From Octopus vulgaris (Eukaryota): DNA of 64,000 nt. The stretch lies in the NCBI GenBank assembly GCA_951406725.2, contig OX597834.1, positions 46,500,001-46,564,000 on the forward strand. Direction: 5' to 3'. Both the position numbers and the translations under genes were made by a program. The notes under the pieces are model-generated. The model had not been told where the DNA came from. It did not search any database and saw only the letters and a program-made list of their open reading frames with translations. The first letter of the stretch is position 1; each line of letters starts with the position of its first letter. Shown here piece after piece: positions 39,413-53,345 of the stretch.

Positions 39413-39759
39413 TAGCTTGCTTACCAACCACATGGTTCCGGGTTCAGTCCCACTGCGTGACACTTTGGGCAAGTGTCTTCTACTATAGCCTTGTGAGTGG
39501 ATGTTGTTTTTAGGCGGAAACTGAAAGAAGCCCGTCTTATATATGTATAAATATATATATATATATATATATATACAAAACTATGAGAGAGAATCCCCTA
39601 TGTGGACGCTCTAACGCTAGATGAGCGTCCACATAGTGGATTCTCTCTCATAGTTTTGTATTAATAATATTTACTGAATCCCAGTCTTTTATCCGCTAGA
39701 CCACTTGGTCTTTAGATTGGTGTTATTAAATTAATATCCAATTTTTTCACCTTTATTTT

Positions 39760-39814
<55 letters not shown>

Positions 39815-40028
39815 GGTATATGTTTGTGTGTCTGTGTTTGTCCCCCCAACATCGCTTGACAACCGATGTTGGTGTGTTTACGTCCCCGTAACTTAGTTCG
39901 GCAAAAGAGACCAATAGAATAAGTACTAGGCTTACAAAGAATAAGTCCTAGGGTTGATTTGCTTCACTAAAGGCGGTGATCCAGCATGGCCACAGTCAAA
40001 TGACTGAAACAAGTAAGTAAAAGAGAGT
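39413..40028 (+). mobile_element. SINE family A lacking its first ~25 nt, with an insertion (39575-39765) in its internal (TA)n
   Basis: Starts TAGCTTGCTTACCAACCACATGG; complete 3' half and tail. Confidence 0.88.
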
Positions 40029-40845
40029 AATCAATCTTGCCTGAACAGATCTATAATGAATACAATCCATTCATGACCACTCCTACGGTTAAAGTATTTT
40101 TTTGTGTTCTCCATTATTTAAAATGGCGGCAGTCTTATTTGAAGAAACTTTTTGGGTCGATGAAGAATTGCACGAAAATCTACTGTTGTTGTTGTTGTTG
40201 CTGCTCTTATTGTTGTTGATAATTTTGTCATTGTAGTAAATGCTGTTATCGTTGCTGTTACTGCTACTGCTGCTGCTGCTGCTGTTGTTGTTGTTGTTGT
40301 TGTCGTCGTCGTCGTTGTTGTTGTTGTTGTTGTTGTCGTCGTTGTTGTCGTTGTTGTTGTTGTTGTCGTCGTTGTTGTTGTTGTTGTTGTTACTACTTCC
40401 ATTATCGCTGCTGTTGCAGTTGCCTGACTAAGGCTCGAATTGTGGTTTGTACGATATTTTCTAGTTTTGTTAGTGTTTATTGTTGTGATTGTTGTTTGTT
40501 GTTGCTGTTGCTGTTGTTGTTGTTGTTGCAATTATTGTTATTGTTGGTCAAGTGAATTGGGAAGAGTCATTCTATTTAAAAGCGTTATTGATTAACACAC
40601 ACACCGGTTCGATTTCCACTCATTTACTTGAGTGGATTGTTTTACGTAAAAAAGACATTAGAACACTGTTGAATATTGTAAGAATATTGTATTGGGGAGC
40701 GGGGTTGGGGTGGGAAGGAGAGGAGACAGAGACAGGCAGACGGACGGACAGACGGACGGACAGACGGACGGACAGACGGATAGACAAGCAGGCAGGTAGA
40801 AAGACATAGTAAGAATAAAAAAGAGAACGGAAGAAAAGAATCGGA

Positions 40846-40881
<36 letters not shown>

Positions 40882-40889
40882 AGGAAATA

Positions 40890-40965
<76 letters not shown>

Positions 40966-41538
40966 GAGAAAGAAAGACGAAAAGAAAGAAAGAAAGAAAT
41001 GAAAGCCCAGACTTAGGGAGAAGAAGATGAACTGGTGACATAGAACTTATTTGCACAAAACAAAAATGGAAGAAAAAAAGGTAGTTTACCTTTAAGGCAG
41101 CTTAACATTTCTTTCGTAACCCTTTAACCCTTAAGGGCTTATCGAAACGGAAATCCCTTCAGTATTATAATCGAGGGAAGCCCAGCAGCAATCGAAAAGA
41201 GCGAGAACAGACGATGGGGTGGGGGTGGGGTGGGGGAATGAGAGAGAGAAAGAGAGAGAGAGAGGAATAGTCCCAGCATGCTCTAAACTGAAGTGAATAA
41301 AAGGTGTGGAGAGGAACGGTTTGAGGTGTTTAAAGCAGGAGAGGCGGGGGTTCTGATTAATAAACGAATCGAGGTGACGAAAGTACAAAGGTAGAAGAGG
41401 TAGGAGGGGGGAGTAGGAGGAAGTTTATAAGAGTTGAAACTATTCGTTGGTAAAGATCTCTGTTGATAAAGTCCCGCTAATTTACTTTTCGCACGATGTG
41501 TTCGTTCACCGTTAATTCCAACTTCCTCTTCTCAAAAT

Positions 41539-41593
<55 letters not shown>

Positions 41594-41789
41594 TGAGTTT
41601 AAAATATAGTCTCCCTCCTCTTCTTCCTTCCCCACTTTTCCGTAATTCATCTCTCGTCTTCTTTTTTTCTCTCTCCCCCTCTTCCTCCTTATAGATACAT
41701 TATCTTCTTGACCCCTTTGACACATAAACGTGAACAGAACGCCGGTCCGTTACAGGGTTGAAAGAGTGCGATTCTGAGGGACGAGTCCC

Positions 41790-41935
41790 TGTACTTGACT
41801 GGTACTTTTTTTATCGATTTAAAAGAATAGAAGACAAACTTGGCCTTGACGGAATTTGAACTCAGTATAAAAACCCGCAAGAAATGTCGCTAAGCAGTTT
41901 TCCAAGGTTCTAAGGGTTCTGCCAGCTCGTCCCCT
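41790..41935 (-). mobile_element. SINE family C, diverged
   Basis: GGAATTTGAACTCAG...TTCTGCCAGCTCG. Confidence 0.65.
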
Positions 41936-42172
41936 TACATACATACGTTATTATGGCTGCCCACTCGTTATCGAGTATGGCCATTGCACGAAGCTTTACT
42001 GTTACTGGTGCTGTGATCGAATGTGACTTTTTAGCCCAGCTAAAGATCTACAATGTCTTGTACAGAATTGGCACCAAAAAACCTTTACTGGTGATAGCCG
42101 GCTGTAGTTGTAACTGGGCTTCATGTACCTTTGCATGTCGTTTAAGTCCTCCTGCCGAATTACACTCTCGAA

Positions 42173-42203
<31 letters not shown>

Positions 42204-42668
42204 CATACATACATACATAAGTTAATACACAACCGGCTAGATACACAACCGGCTAGATATCGTTGTGTTGGATTATAAAAAAGAAATATATGTTCTGTTG
42301 TGGAAATCATCTGCCTTCTGGACACCATTGTAGTTAGAAAAATACAACAGAAGGAGGACATTTAAGGAATATTGAAAAGGAGTTTACAAAACCAGCAACA
42401 GGTTACATACCAACCCCCCTGGACCCAAAGTATGGTTGAACATAGGATCTTAGGGAGAGAATGCAACTCCTTAATTCATAGACTACAAATGACCACGATA
42501 TAGGGGACAATAAAAATCTGCAAGATCTTAAGATTTTAAGGATGGTGGTTAAAAGGAGATATTTTCTTTCAAAACCCTAAAACCAAGTCGGTGGCTGGTC
42601 GAAATTTACTCTAAAATCAGAAATAACATACATACATCCATCAATCCATACATACATACATACATACA

Positions 42669-42702
<34 letters not shown>

Positions 42703-42789
42703 CATACATACATACGCACACACACATACATACATACATACATACATACATACATACATACATTCCTATATACATACATACATATACAC

Positions 42790-42831
<42 letters not shown>

Positions 42832-42842
42832 ATGCACATATA

Positions 42843-43035
42843 GGCGCAGGCGTGACCGTGTATTGAGAAGCTTCCTTCGCAACCACATGGTTCCGGGTTA
42901 AGTTCCACTGCCTGACACCTTGAGACCGACTGAATAAGTACTAGGCTTACAAAGAATAAGTCCTGGGGTCGATTTGTCCGGCTAAAGGCTGTGCTCCCCC
43001 ATGGCCGCAGTCAAATGACTGAAACATGTAAAAGT
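42843..43035 (+). mobile_element. SINE family A with internal deletion
   Basis: Head joined directly to the tail segment. Confidence 0.75.
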
Positions 43036-43052
43036 ATATATATAAAAAGAAT

Positions 43053-43138
<86 letters not shown>

Positions 43139-43142
43139 GATA

Positions 43143-43275
43143 CGGGCTTCTTTCAGTTTCTGTCTACCAAATCCACTCAGAAAGCTTTAGTCGGCACGAT
43201 GCAATAGTAGAAGGCACTTACCCAATATACCACGCAGTGAGACTGAACCTGGGACCATATAGTTTGAGAAGTAAA
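43143..43275 (-). mobile_element. SINE family A, 5' half
   Basis: CGGGCTTCTTTCAGTTTC..TCTACCAAATCCACTCA. Confidence 0.7.
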
Positions 43276-43679
43276 CTACAATCTTTATCAATGTTATTCA
43301 AGTACGTTTCTTGTACCTTTGAGTATTGTTTTTTGTTTTGATCTTTTCGTTTTCCTTTGTTTTGCTTCTGAGCTCAGAGTTGTTTAAATTGTATCGATAT
43401 ACGACCAGTTATGGCCTCCATAGCGCCTTACTAATATAAACGATACATTCAGGAAGTTACGTTAGTGATACGACGAAAATATTAAAACTTATTTTTGAAG
43501 CTACGTAATGTGACGCAAATAATCCAGATTACAAATATATCGAGTTAGTAACACGTGATCAAACAAAAGATAAGGTAATGATAAATAAATTATCATTTAG
43601 GTTAAAATTAATTATGAAAAGATAGATTTAAGTTATATTTAGGAAATGACAAGGAAGAAATGAAATGTTATAGGAGGTG

Positions 43680-43885
43680 TGGGGGCTGAAAAGTTCCTGG
43701 CTCTGAAGGTGTTGCAAAAGACCTGGCTGGAGGCGCAGCCTTCCGAGTTCTTTTACGGGGCTTAGAAAAACCGAAGGACTGCTGCAGTATGGGCGTGAAT
43801 CTGAGAGGGAAATATGTTGAATAAAATTGTAATTAACTGATCCTTCTGTATTTGCTGTTACCCAAGGCCAGGAAGTTTTCAGTAA
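43680..43885 (+). mobile_element. Short mariner-derived MITE
   Basis: TIR core CTGAAAAGTTCCTGGC and GCCAGGAAGTTTTCAG; internal NLRGEYVE* resembles a mariner transposase C-terminus. Confidence 0.7.
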
Positions 43886-44134
43886 CTCTAGTAAAATACC
43901 AAATATATTAATGCATATATTTAATACAGTTCTATATTTAAGAGATGAGGAATTATATACATTATTTACATTTGACGAATATTTGTCCTCATCTTGTTAG
44001 TTGTTAACACAACGTTTCGGATTATATACCCTCCAGCCTCCATCAGGTGCCTTGGGGAAATTTCGAACCTGGGTTCTCATTCCTAAGGTATTTTTCGATA
44101 TTATTATTATCATTATTATTATTATTATTATTAT

Positions 44135-44687
44135 TGAGTGAGAGAGCAGTGCATGCCATCAAAGTGACATTGGGGTAAAATATACGATGCCTAGTATACC
44201 CATCATGACTACCCGTCTGATAAGGGTCCACTAGGCACATGCATCACAATCATATGTGTGTGACATGGTGATCTCATATCAAGATAAACAACACATGACC
44301 TTGCAGGTGGGGCCCAGTTAGAATTTTCTTCTGGTCGAGTAATCCACCCCGCTCAAAAGGTCCCTGAATAAGGGTTGTTTAAGGATGTTGAATGAAACAC
44401 CTATGTTTCCAGAGGTGAATTATTCAAACCCCAAACAATCCCTCTCAACACATGGCTATGATACTCCCCCACTACTTCTGCTCGTGATCAGAGATGCACA
44501 TATCGTCAGCCACTAAGGGACATGGTCAACTGGTTAAGGTCAAACAACTGACAAGCAAATCTGTGGTATTGAGCAAAATATTTGCTGTAGCCCATCTTTT
44601 ATACCAAGACAAAACAATTACATGATAACACTTCCATTTAGTTAAGATCAGAAGCCACGAGAGCCAGTGCCTGGTACGGTATCAGGG

Positions 44688-44690
<3 letters not shown>
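44135..44690 (-). repeat. Unclassified interspersed repeat between (ATT)n arrays
   Basis: Longer copy of 240-675. Confidence 0.75.
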
Positions 44691-44735
<45 letters not shown>

Positions 44736-44764
44736 TGTTGTTGTTGTTGTTGTTGTTGTTGCTA

Positions 44765-44824
<60 letters not shown>

Positions 44825-44852
44825 CTATTATTATTATTATTATTATTATTAT

Positions 44853-44928
44853 TCCGGTCACTACCTAGAATCGAACTCGGAATCTTGGGGTTAGTAGCCC
44901 ACGCTCTTAACCACTACACCATATGCCC
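44853..44928 (-). mobile_element. tRNA-like SINE head (76 bp) followed by (AAT)n
   Basis: Box A TGGTGTAGTGG, box B GAGTTCGATTC; acceptor stem imperfect, so not called as a tRNA gene. Confidence 0.6.
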
Positions 44929-46559
44929 ATCATCGAAAACTACCTTAGGAATGAGAACCCAGGTTCGAAATTCCTCCAAGACACCTGAAGAAGGCTGGAG
45001 GGTATATCAAACGAAAAGTTGTGTTAACAATAAACAAGATGAGGACAAATATCCGTCAAATGTAAATAATTTAAATAATGCGTATATCTAAATATGTACG
45101 TATGTATACACACATACACGCACGCACATACATACATGCGTGCATGTGTCTGCATTTATTCTTTTATTCTTTTGCACGTTTCAGTCATTTGACTGAAGCC
45201 ATGTTGGAGCACCGCCTCGAAGGGGATTCTAATCGAATGAATCGACCCCACTACTTATTTCTTTCTTTAAAGCCCAGTACTTATTCTATCGGTTGCTTAT
45301 TGGCAAACCGCTAAGTTGTGGGGTCGCAAACACACCGATTATTGTATATTATTGTATATATACGTAGTTATAGGCATATATTTGTATACATATATATGTA
45401 CTTGTGTTTGTATGTATTTTTATATATCTATATGTATATATATAATTAATAAAATCAGAGTAAGAAAAATTTTAGAAATTTTTACTACCAGTGGCCTAGC
45501 GTGTAGAAAAATTGGTCAATAGACTATATATTATTCATATAAATATAGTGCACGTTTAAACAGATAAGAGGCAACCTCTTATGTGTTTAAATGTACACTG
45601 TATTTAGATGAATAATATGTGTATATATATATATATATATATACATCATACATATGTATGTTTTAGTGCATATGCATGTGTGTGTGTATGTGTGTGTGCT
45701 GGTGAGTATAACAAATTCTCTGGATCTTTAATATGTTATGTATGAGAAACAAATTAGTATTAGTAGCGGGATAGTTACGTTTCTGTTGCTCTGGTGATGT
45801 CACTAGATGGGTGGTGGTGGTGGTGGTGGTGGTGGTGGTGGTGGTGGTGGTGGTGGTAGTAGTAGTTGTAGTAAGGGATGGAGGAGGAGGAGGAGGAGGA
45901 GGGAACTATGTTGTAGCCTTGTCCGGGGATGTTTCCTTTCCCTACCGAGAGAATGTTATTTTGCCCCCTACCCGTATCTAAACCCTAACCCTCACCCTGA
46001 ACCCGTCGATGAGACACACCTTTCCCATCCGGAACTAATCAACATCACATCATCCTCATTACATGACTGTTTCTAATTAGTATTCCACGTGTTATCACCT
46101 CGCTCACCATCATCATCATCATCTTAATATCGTCATTATCGTCACCACGGTCGCCATCATCATCACCATCATCATGAATATCGACATATTCTTCATCATC
46201 ATCAACAACCACATTATCGTCATTGTTACCATTGCTATCATCTTCATCTTCATCATTACACCAACCGCCACCACCACCACTACTACTACCACTACTACTA
46301 CCACCACTATCATCATCATGATCATCATCGTTGTCATACGAATTGTATTAGAAGATTGGAACAAGGCTACAAATCTGGAAGTGGTGTGTGGTTGGGGAAG
46401 GGGGCAGAAGGTACACTTGATTAAAACCTGGTTATATACGTGGCTGATTACACACACACACACACACACACATGACAGAAGTAAATAGACGCCGCACAAA
46501 CCATCGTTTTATGTTTATTCTAACTTTTAAGATTTATATTTTCTTTTGACATTTTTATG

Positions 46560-47360
46560 TTTCAGGTTCTGTATGTGATTTTTTAATCAAGCCATTCCCA
46601 AAAGAAGCCCTGGAACCGTCTGAATTTCAAAGAGACCGTATTGTGGGTCATTCTGAAGGTGTAAAATCGCAGAAAACCTTGGAATCCCGTTTTCTCCAAT
46701 TAATAGAGTGATTGTAGAATTCACCAGAGAGGGGAAGGAGTCCATATCACTTCGCCCAGGTCAACCAGGGCCCGCTGACAGGACCCTTCTCTTTCTTAAG
46801 AGAAGTGTGAAGGATAATGCTCGTTGCATTTCCTCTGACATAGCAGAACAAGTAACCACAAACTTGGTTACTATGGCAGAGCAGCAAGAAGGAAGCCACC
46901 TCTTTGGCCAGCCAACATCATGCAGAGAAAAGATTAGGCCAGTGAGATGGTGGAGAGGCCACTAGCATTTTGAAACAGTGTTTTATTCACAGATACACAC
47001 ACACATGCATATGCACTAAAACATACATATGTATGAGTCCAGATTAGCTGTATTTCTTGACAGTTGTCATGTGTGGGTCTGGAGACTCTGTGATCAAGAA
47101 TTTGCTAAAATTTAGCTTTGTCAGCTAAAATGACCCAAGCTTTGTTGGATGAGAGTGACAGTAAAAAGCCTCCATGATCAAGCCTGTCACCAGATATAAA
47201 CCCTATTGAACACCTCTGGGATATAATGGACAGAGCAGTTCGTAAAAAGAACAAGAAAGCATCTTCAAAGCCAGATCTTTTGAGATTGCTGCATGAAACT
47301 TGGCAAGAAATTCCTCAAGAGAATATTCATCATCTGATCAGTAACATACCTAATAGGGCC
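46560..47360 (+). pseudogene. Decayed Tc1-family (DD34E) transposase
   Basis: N-terminal [21 protein letters not shown]-like segment and SPDINPIEHLWDIMDRAVR motif. Confidence 0.8.
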
Positions 47361-48284
47361 CTTGCATGGACGTTTCTCTCTCCTTCTTCTCCTCCCTCCG
47401 TCTTTTCTCTCTCTCTCTCTCCCTCTTTCTGTCTCACTCTTCGCCTCATCCTCTTTTTCTCTCCCCGTTTTCTTTTCTCCCTGTTGTTCTCTCTTCCCTT
47501 CAACTAATCACGTGGAAGCATTACAATTATGTTCCCTCTACCTCACGTCATGGACGTTTCTCTCTCCTTCATTAGCTCTCTCCTTCTTCTCTCTCTCTCT
47601 CTCTCTCTCCGTCTTTTTCTATCACCCTTTTTTCTTTCTCCCTTTTCTTCTCTAATCACGTGAAAGCGTTACCGCAGGGCAAAGTAACGGAATGACATGC
47701 AGAATTATTATAAGATTTCTTTTTCCCAGAAGATTTTAAGTTGGCAGTTCATTTTATAAGATTGCTTTTCTTTTTAATTGGAGACTGTACTTCTGTATTG
47801 TTTTCGTCGAACCTATCTTGATGTTTACACTTTGACAGACCAAGATCTTCATGTGACGCAGAATATGTTGCTTCCTTGAGATTTTTCTACAATACTTCCA
47901 TTCTTTTTAAAATTTCAGCTCATTCAAGCTGCACGCCGTTCAGCTGACACAACCTAGCTTTTCTTTCAGCTTTAAGTGACCGAAAATTTATTCGCATAAG
48001 AAATTTTGTAGAGAGGCTCTTTGGCAGGCTTTGTTTTTCATATGGCAGGGATGTTCAATAATCACCCTCCTCTACAAGCAAGCTTGGGGAGGGGGGATGC
48101 CGGTTTAGTTACCGACAACCCGACCATGTGACATGTTGCACTGGGTTATATGTCCCGAGTAACATTCGAGAGCGATCTGAACTGACATGCTCTCTCTCAC
48201 ACACACATGCACACACGCATACACACACAGATATAATGTGTATATATGTGTGTGTGTGTGTACATGTATATACATATATATATA

Positions 48285-48330
<46 letters not shown>

Positions 48331-48403
48331 TATATACACATATATATAATGCATTTATATATATATGCATATATATATACTGATATACACACACACACAC
48401 ACA

Positions 48404-48458
<55 letters not shown>

Positions 48459-49229
48459 GTGTGCGCGCGTGTGTGTGTTCAGGTACAACGCAGACTTTCT
48501 TGGCATTGAAAGTGTGGAACCTCTTATAATCTGCACTAATTTACGAGCAGAAACTTCAAATTCCTGCTGCTACTAGACTACTTTTCTGATACCTCGCACA
48601 GAGTAGAGACTTGCACAGAATACTATTAATAAACTTGTATCATTTATACTAATTGTCCATTATCTGTATATCATTTAATTGTTGAAGTAAATTAAATTGT
48701 TTAATTTAGAGTCTGCTGACAAAGGCAGCCAAAACTAACCCGGGTTAATGATTGGTAGATATCAACATGCATCAACAGATAATTTGTTTGCTAATGCTAT
48801 AAACAAGAACGTCAAACTAGCTAGATTTATTATTTCGAGGGCAGCTTTAGTTCAGGAGACACAATGATCCCAAAACACTGAATATCCCAAATATTTCCTT
48901 AAGTTTGTAACGGAGATTGGAAACCGAGCGGCTAAGCAACCGGTCAGAAATCATGGCTGAACAACAACAGTTTTACGTGATCGGTCTATTAAACAACCAA
49001 TCAACGTCAAACCATCGCCGCATGGTTCAATCTTGTAGAATCTTCTTCTTGTGCTCTGTAAAAGGCCGTTTTTGGTGGTAATTAATTGGTGAATGTCGAG
49101 GCAGCTAAGCGATATGCACTTCCGTTCTTGCCACACCAGGCGGCGTGAATTTTTACAGCAAGACGACCCAAGAAGGCGGCAAGACAGATGGAACCTCCAT
49201 CATCACGAATATATCACAATTGTTTCCAA

Positions 49230-49650
49230 TTTTAAGCAACTTGCATGTTGCCGTGTCGATTGTTTGCCGTAAACTCCAAACAATACCGCTTTCTCGGTAA
49301 GTAATTATTGCTTTTGTTATTTGCAAAAAGCCGACGCAGCTTGTCTTTATGTGCGATAATATTAATATTATTTCTTGTGAAATGGTTGTTGTTCAGTTAC
49401 TTCAACGCGCAACCCAAGAAACATACTTTCATTCATCAACTCAACCAGCTGCCACAACAGAAACAGCACAAGCGACTCGCTAATAAACCTTGTGTGTTAT
49501 GAACACATATTCCTTTGAAAGAAGTTATTCTTCACTGACGTAATGTAACAGCGAAGCATCTCCACGTTTGAATTTACCAAGGCATATTAAGAATGAATAT
49601 GTCTGTCATGGTTTAGATTCTCACTGTTTACCGAGTACAGGACAATTAAT
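49230..49650 (-). pseudogene. Possible very decayed Pif1/Helitron helicase fragment
   Basis: Minus strand LRRLFANNKSN and HGNMQVA loosely resemble RLAFAMTINKSQ and HGQLYVA; weak. Confidence 0.25.
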
Positions 49651-50534
49651 TAGCGGTTGGCAAACATCAGCACGCATCATCAAATAAGTTGTTTGTTGAA
49701 TCTTATCAACTTCAGCCCAAAATACTGGCTAGAGTCAATGACGCAGGATAGCTTTGATCTAGATGACAGAATGATGCCAAAACACCGGGTGTTCTAATGT
49801 CGCCTTACACTAATGAAGCGACCGTTATGAAAGAAATTGTTCTCCAGTGACAAAATACACAATTAGCATACTTACTTCGAGCCTGCTGGGATATACACGC
49901 ACATTCACATATACACACGCACAAACATACACACACACACTCGTACAAACACATACACACACGCTCGTATACACACATACACACACAGGCCTCTCTTAAT
50001 GGTCAGGTCACAATGTTCGTGGATAACAAATACGCACAAATAAGCTAATGTCATAATAAAGAGCGAAAAAATATGTATGTCACCGTCATGTTTGCTATGT
50101 GTGTTTAATAACTAGGATACGTTTGATTTAAGCATTGAAATTTAATTAAATATTATCATTTTCGTGTGTGTGGGTGTTTGTGTGTGTGTGTTTGTGTGTG
50201 TATGTGTGGGTGTGTTTGTGTGCGCGCGCGTGAATTTGTAATCTACGTAGAGTGAGATCCGACCATAACGAGAGGCCTTCCTGTGCATGTCTGTCTGTGT
50301 GCGTATCTGTAACCCTCGATGGATGTTACCTGACCACAAAGATTGACAAAGAAGTGGAGTTTGTAGAAATAACAACAAAAAAACCGATATTGTGAGTGAA
50401 ACTGTTTTATTAACAAGCAAGTTAATGTTTTAATAATAACGAGAGAAAGAAAATAATATTTGAAACAATAAATTTATTTTGTAGAACAATTTATTAACAA
50501 AACAATTTTATTTCCATCATTATTCATTTATTTA

Positions 50535-50936
50535 TTTACTCTTTTACTTGTTTCAGTCATTTGACTGTGGCCATGCTGGAGCACCGCCTTTAGTCGAGCA
50601 AATCGAACCAGGACTTATTCTTTGTAAGCCCAGTACTTATTCTATCGGTCTCTTTTGCCGAACCGCTAAATTACGGGGACGTAAACACACCAGCATCGGT
50701 TGTCAAGCGATGTTGGGGGGACAAACACCGACACACAAACCTATACACACATACATACATATACATATATATTATAGAAGACGGGCTTCTTTCAGTTTCC
50801 GTCTACCAAATCCACTCACAAGGCTTTGGTCGGTCCGAGGTTATAGTAGAAGACACTTGCCCAAAGTGCCACGCAGCGGGAATGAACCCAGAACCATGTG
50901 ATTTGTAAGCAAGCTACTTACCACACAGCCACTCCT
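50535..50936 (-). mobile_element. SINE family A, near full length
   Basis: Close match to 11538-11951. Confidence 0.9.
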
Positions 50937-51320
50937 TTTCGAAACGAATCAAAGACAAAAATCTTTTACCGAAGTAGACGAGAAGATTTGAAACGATCAT
51001 GTTTCAGAAACAACAGGCGTGGAATTCCGGATTGCGTAGTTGTTATTTCTAGCATGTAGTTTGGTTGCTGAGGAGTATATCCGAGTTAAAAATGCACAAA
51101 GAGCTGCTGATTCGGAATGTAAAAGAAGGCTGAAAGTGACAATATGAAAATCACAAAAAATTTTATTAAATCAAGTTCGTAAAATACAGAGAAGCCCTCA
51201 CAACGATCGCAGAGAAGCGAAGCATTGTAGGAAAATGGTAACATGCAGGAATAAAGAAGGTCGTGAGATATGAAGGAACTGAAAATGAAGAAATACAAGA
51301 GGTATCAAGTCCGCTTAAGG

Positions 51321-51661
51321 GAGCGTGGTTGAGTGAGGCATGCAAAAACGTGAGCGTGGTTGAGTGAGGCATGCAAAAACGTGAGCGTGGTTGAGTGAGG
51401 CATGCAAAAACGTGAGCGTGGTTGAGTGAGGCATGCCAAAACGTGAGCGTGGTTGAGTGAGGCATGCAAAAACGTGAGCGTGGTTGAGTGAGGCATGCCA
51501 AAACGTGAGCGTGGTTGAGTGAGGCATGCAAAAACGTGAGCGTGGTTGAGTGAGGCATGCAAAAACGTGAGCGTGGTTGAGTGAGGCATGCAAAAACGTG
51601 AGCGTGGTTGAGTGAGGCATGCAAAAACGTGAGCGTGGTTGAGTGAGGCATGCAAAAACGT
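51321..51661. repeat. 31-bp minisatellite, 11 copies
   Basis: Unit GAGCGTGGTTGAGTGAGGCATGCAAAAACGT; copies 4 and 6 share an A>C variant; no spacers. Confidence 0.97.
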
Positions 51662-51894
51662 GAGGCAGATGTTGATTATCAAAGTGTTTTAAATGTTATG
51701 CATGAAAAACTGATTCGTGTGGTCAGAGATGGATTAACCATTAAGCAAATAAGCACCTGCTTAGAGCATCAAGAGAAGGTGGGGAGCACCAGAAAAATGG
51801 TAAATGGTTTGCGACACAAAAGAAATCACTTTAAACTTACGAAAATAATATTGGTTTCACCTTTTGGGACGAGCCCGGTAATTTTGAGGAAGTG

Positions 51895-52066
51895 GGTAAG
51901 TCGGTTACACCGACCCTACTGTTCAACTGGTACTTATTTTATCAACCCCGAAAGGATGAAAGGCAAAATCGACCTCATAGGAATTGGAGCTCAGAACGTA
52001 AAGACGGACGAAATGTTGCTAAGCATTTTGTCTGGCGTGCTTACGATTCTGCCGGCTCACCGCCTT
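51895..52066 (-). mobile_element. SINE family C
   Basis: CCCCGAAAGGATGAAAGGCAAAATCGACC...GATTCTGCCGGCTCACCGCCTT. Confidence 0.8.
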
Positions 52067-52083
52067 AATAATAATAGTGGACT

Positions 52084-52182
<99 letters not shown>

Positions 52183-52260
52183 TGTTTCTTTATTAGCCAC
52201 ACAGGGCTGCACACAGATAGAACAAATTACAAGGTAGAGCTTTTCTTTTGAAGGTTTAAA
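52183..52260 (-). mobile_element. Extreme 3' end of the GATA-associated Tx1 LINE
   Basis: Near-identical to 34176-34240; GATA arrays on both sides. Confidence 0.85.
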
Positions 52261-52280
52261 TAGATAGACAGGTAGATAGG

Positions 52281-52326
<46 letters not shown>

Positions 52327-52327
52327 T

Positions 52328-52408
<81 letters not shown>

Positions 52409-52784
52409 CAACAGGGCTCTTTCAGTGTTCATCTACGAAATCCAGTCACGGGGCTTTAATCGTCCGGGGGAGATAGTAGAAGACACTCACTCTTAGTGTC
52501 ACGCACTGAGATTGAAATCTCGAGGCCACATGGTTGGGAAGCAATGTTCTTGGTCACACAACCACGCCTACGGCCATCTTGAGGGTCGTGATGGAAGCTG
52601 AGAGCAGCTACTTTGAGTAAACTGTTATCTTCTGGCCACAATCTCGTTGATATTTTTTTGATTTTTTAAAATACTTTTAAGTCCCTTTTATGCAAACTGT
52701 CAAATTTAACCCGAACACCTTGTATATGTGTGTATGTTTATGTATGTGTTATTGTGTGTGTGTGTGTGTCTTCTGTATGTCTCT

Positions 52785-52886
<102 letters not shown>

Positions 52887-53211
52887 GATTTCGCGTAGGC
52901 ATAGTGATTGTAAAAATTTGATGTTAGGACTCAATATACATCTGCATTAGAACAAAGCGTTAGGCGAGTACAAGTGTCGTATGAAGGAACAATTGACAAG
53001 GGAAGAGGAATTATGTAATCGACTTGCAGCTGTTTCTGCTATAAAAAGCAACGCATTCACAGCTGAGTGCTTGTGCATAATCTTATAGCTCCATCGGAGC
53101 CTGTATGGAATCTCTGTTCCCTTGTTATTAAATTATTCGAGTGTGTGTGTGTGTGTGTGTGTGTATGCATGTATATGTATTTATGTATGTACTTATAAAT
53201 AAATAAATAAA

Positions 53212-53242
<31 letters not shown>

Positions 53243-53345
53243 TTGTATGTATAGATATAGATATGTGTATGTATGTGTGTGTGTATATATACATACATAC
53301 ATACACATATCTATATCTATACATGCATACATACATACATACATG

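Larger units (their letters stand above)
43958..45070. mobile_element. Divergent pair of Penelope-like terminal repeats (family B), arms 43958-44100 (-) and 44930-45070 (+)
   Basis: About 140-bp reverse-complement match; each arm has a partly mutated hammerhead motif. Confidence 0.7.

Noticed and set aside
44853-44928. tRNA gene
   Set aside because: Acceptor and anticodon stems are imperfect; treated as a SINE-like head.
45979-46002. Telomere-like (CCCTAA) run
   Set aside because: Only a few degenerate units, which is expected by chance.
47364-47672. Local direct duplication of CT-rich sequence
   Set aside because: Real but low-complexity; no sign of function.
51321-51661. CRISPR-like regular repeat
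   Set aside because: Units are contiguous with no spacers, there are no cas genes, and the context is eukaryotic.
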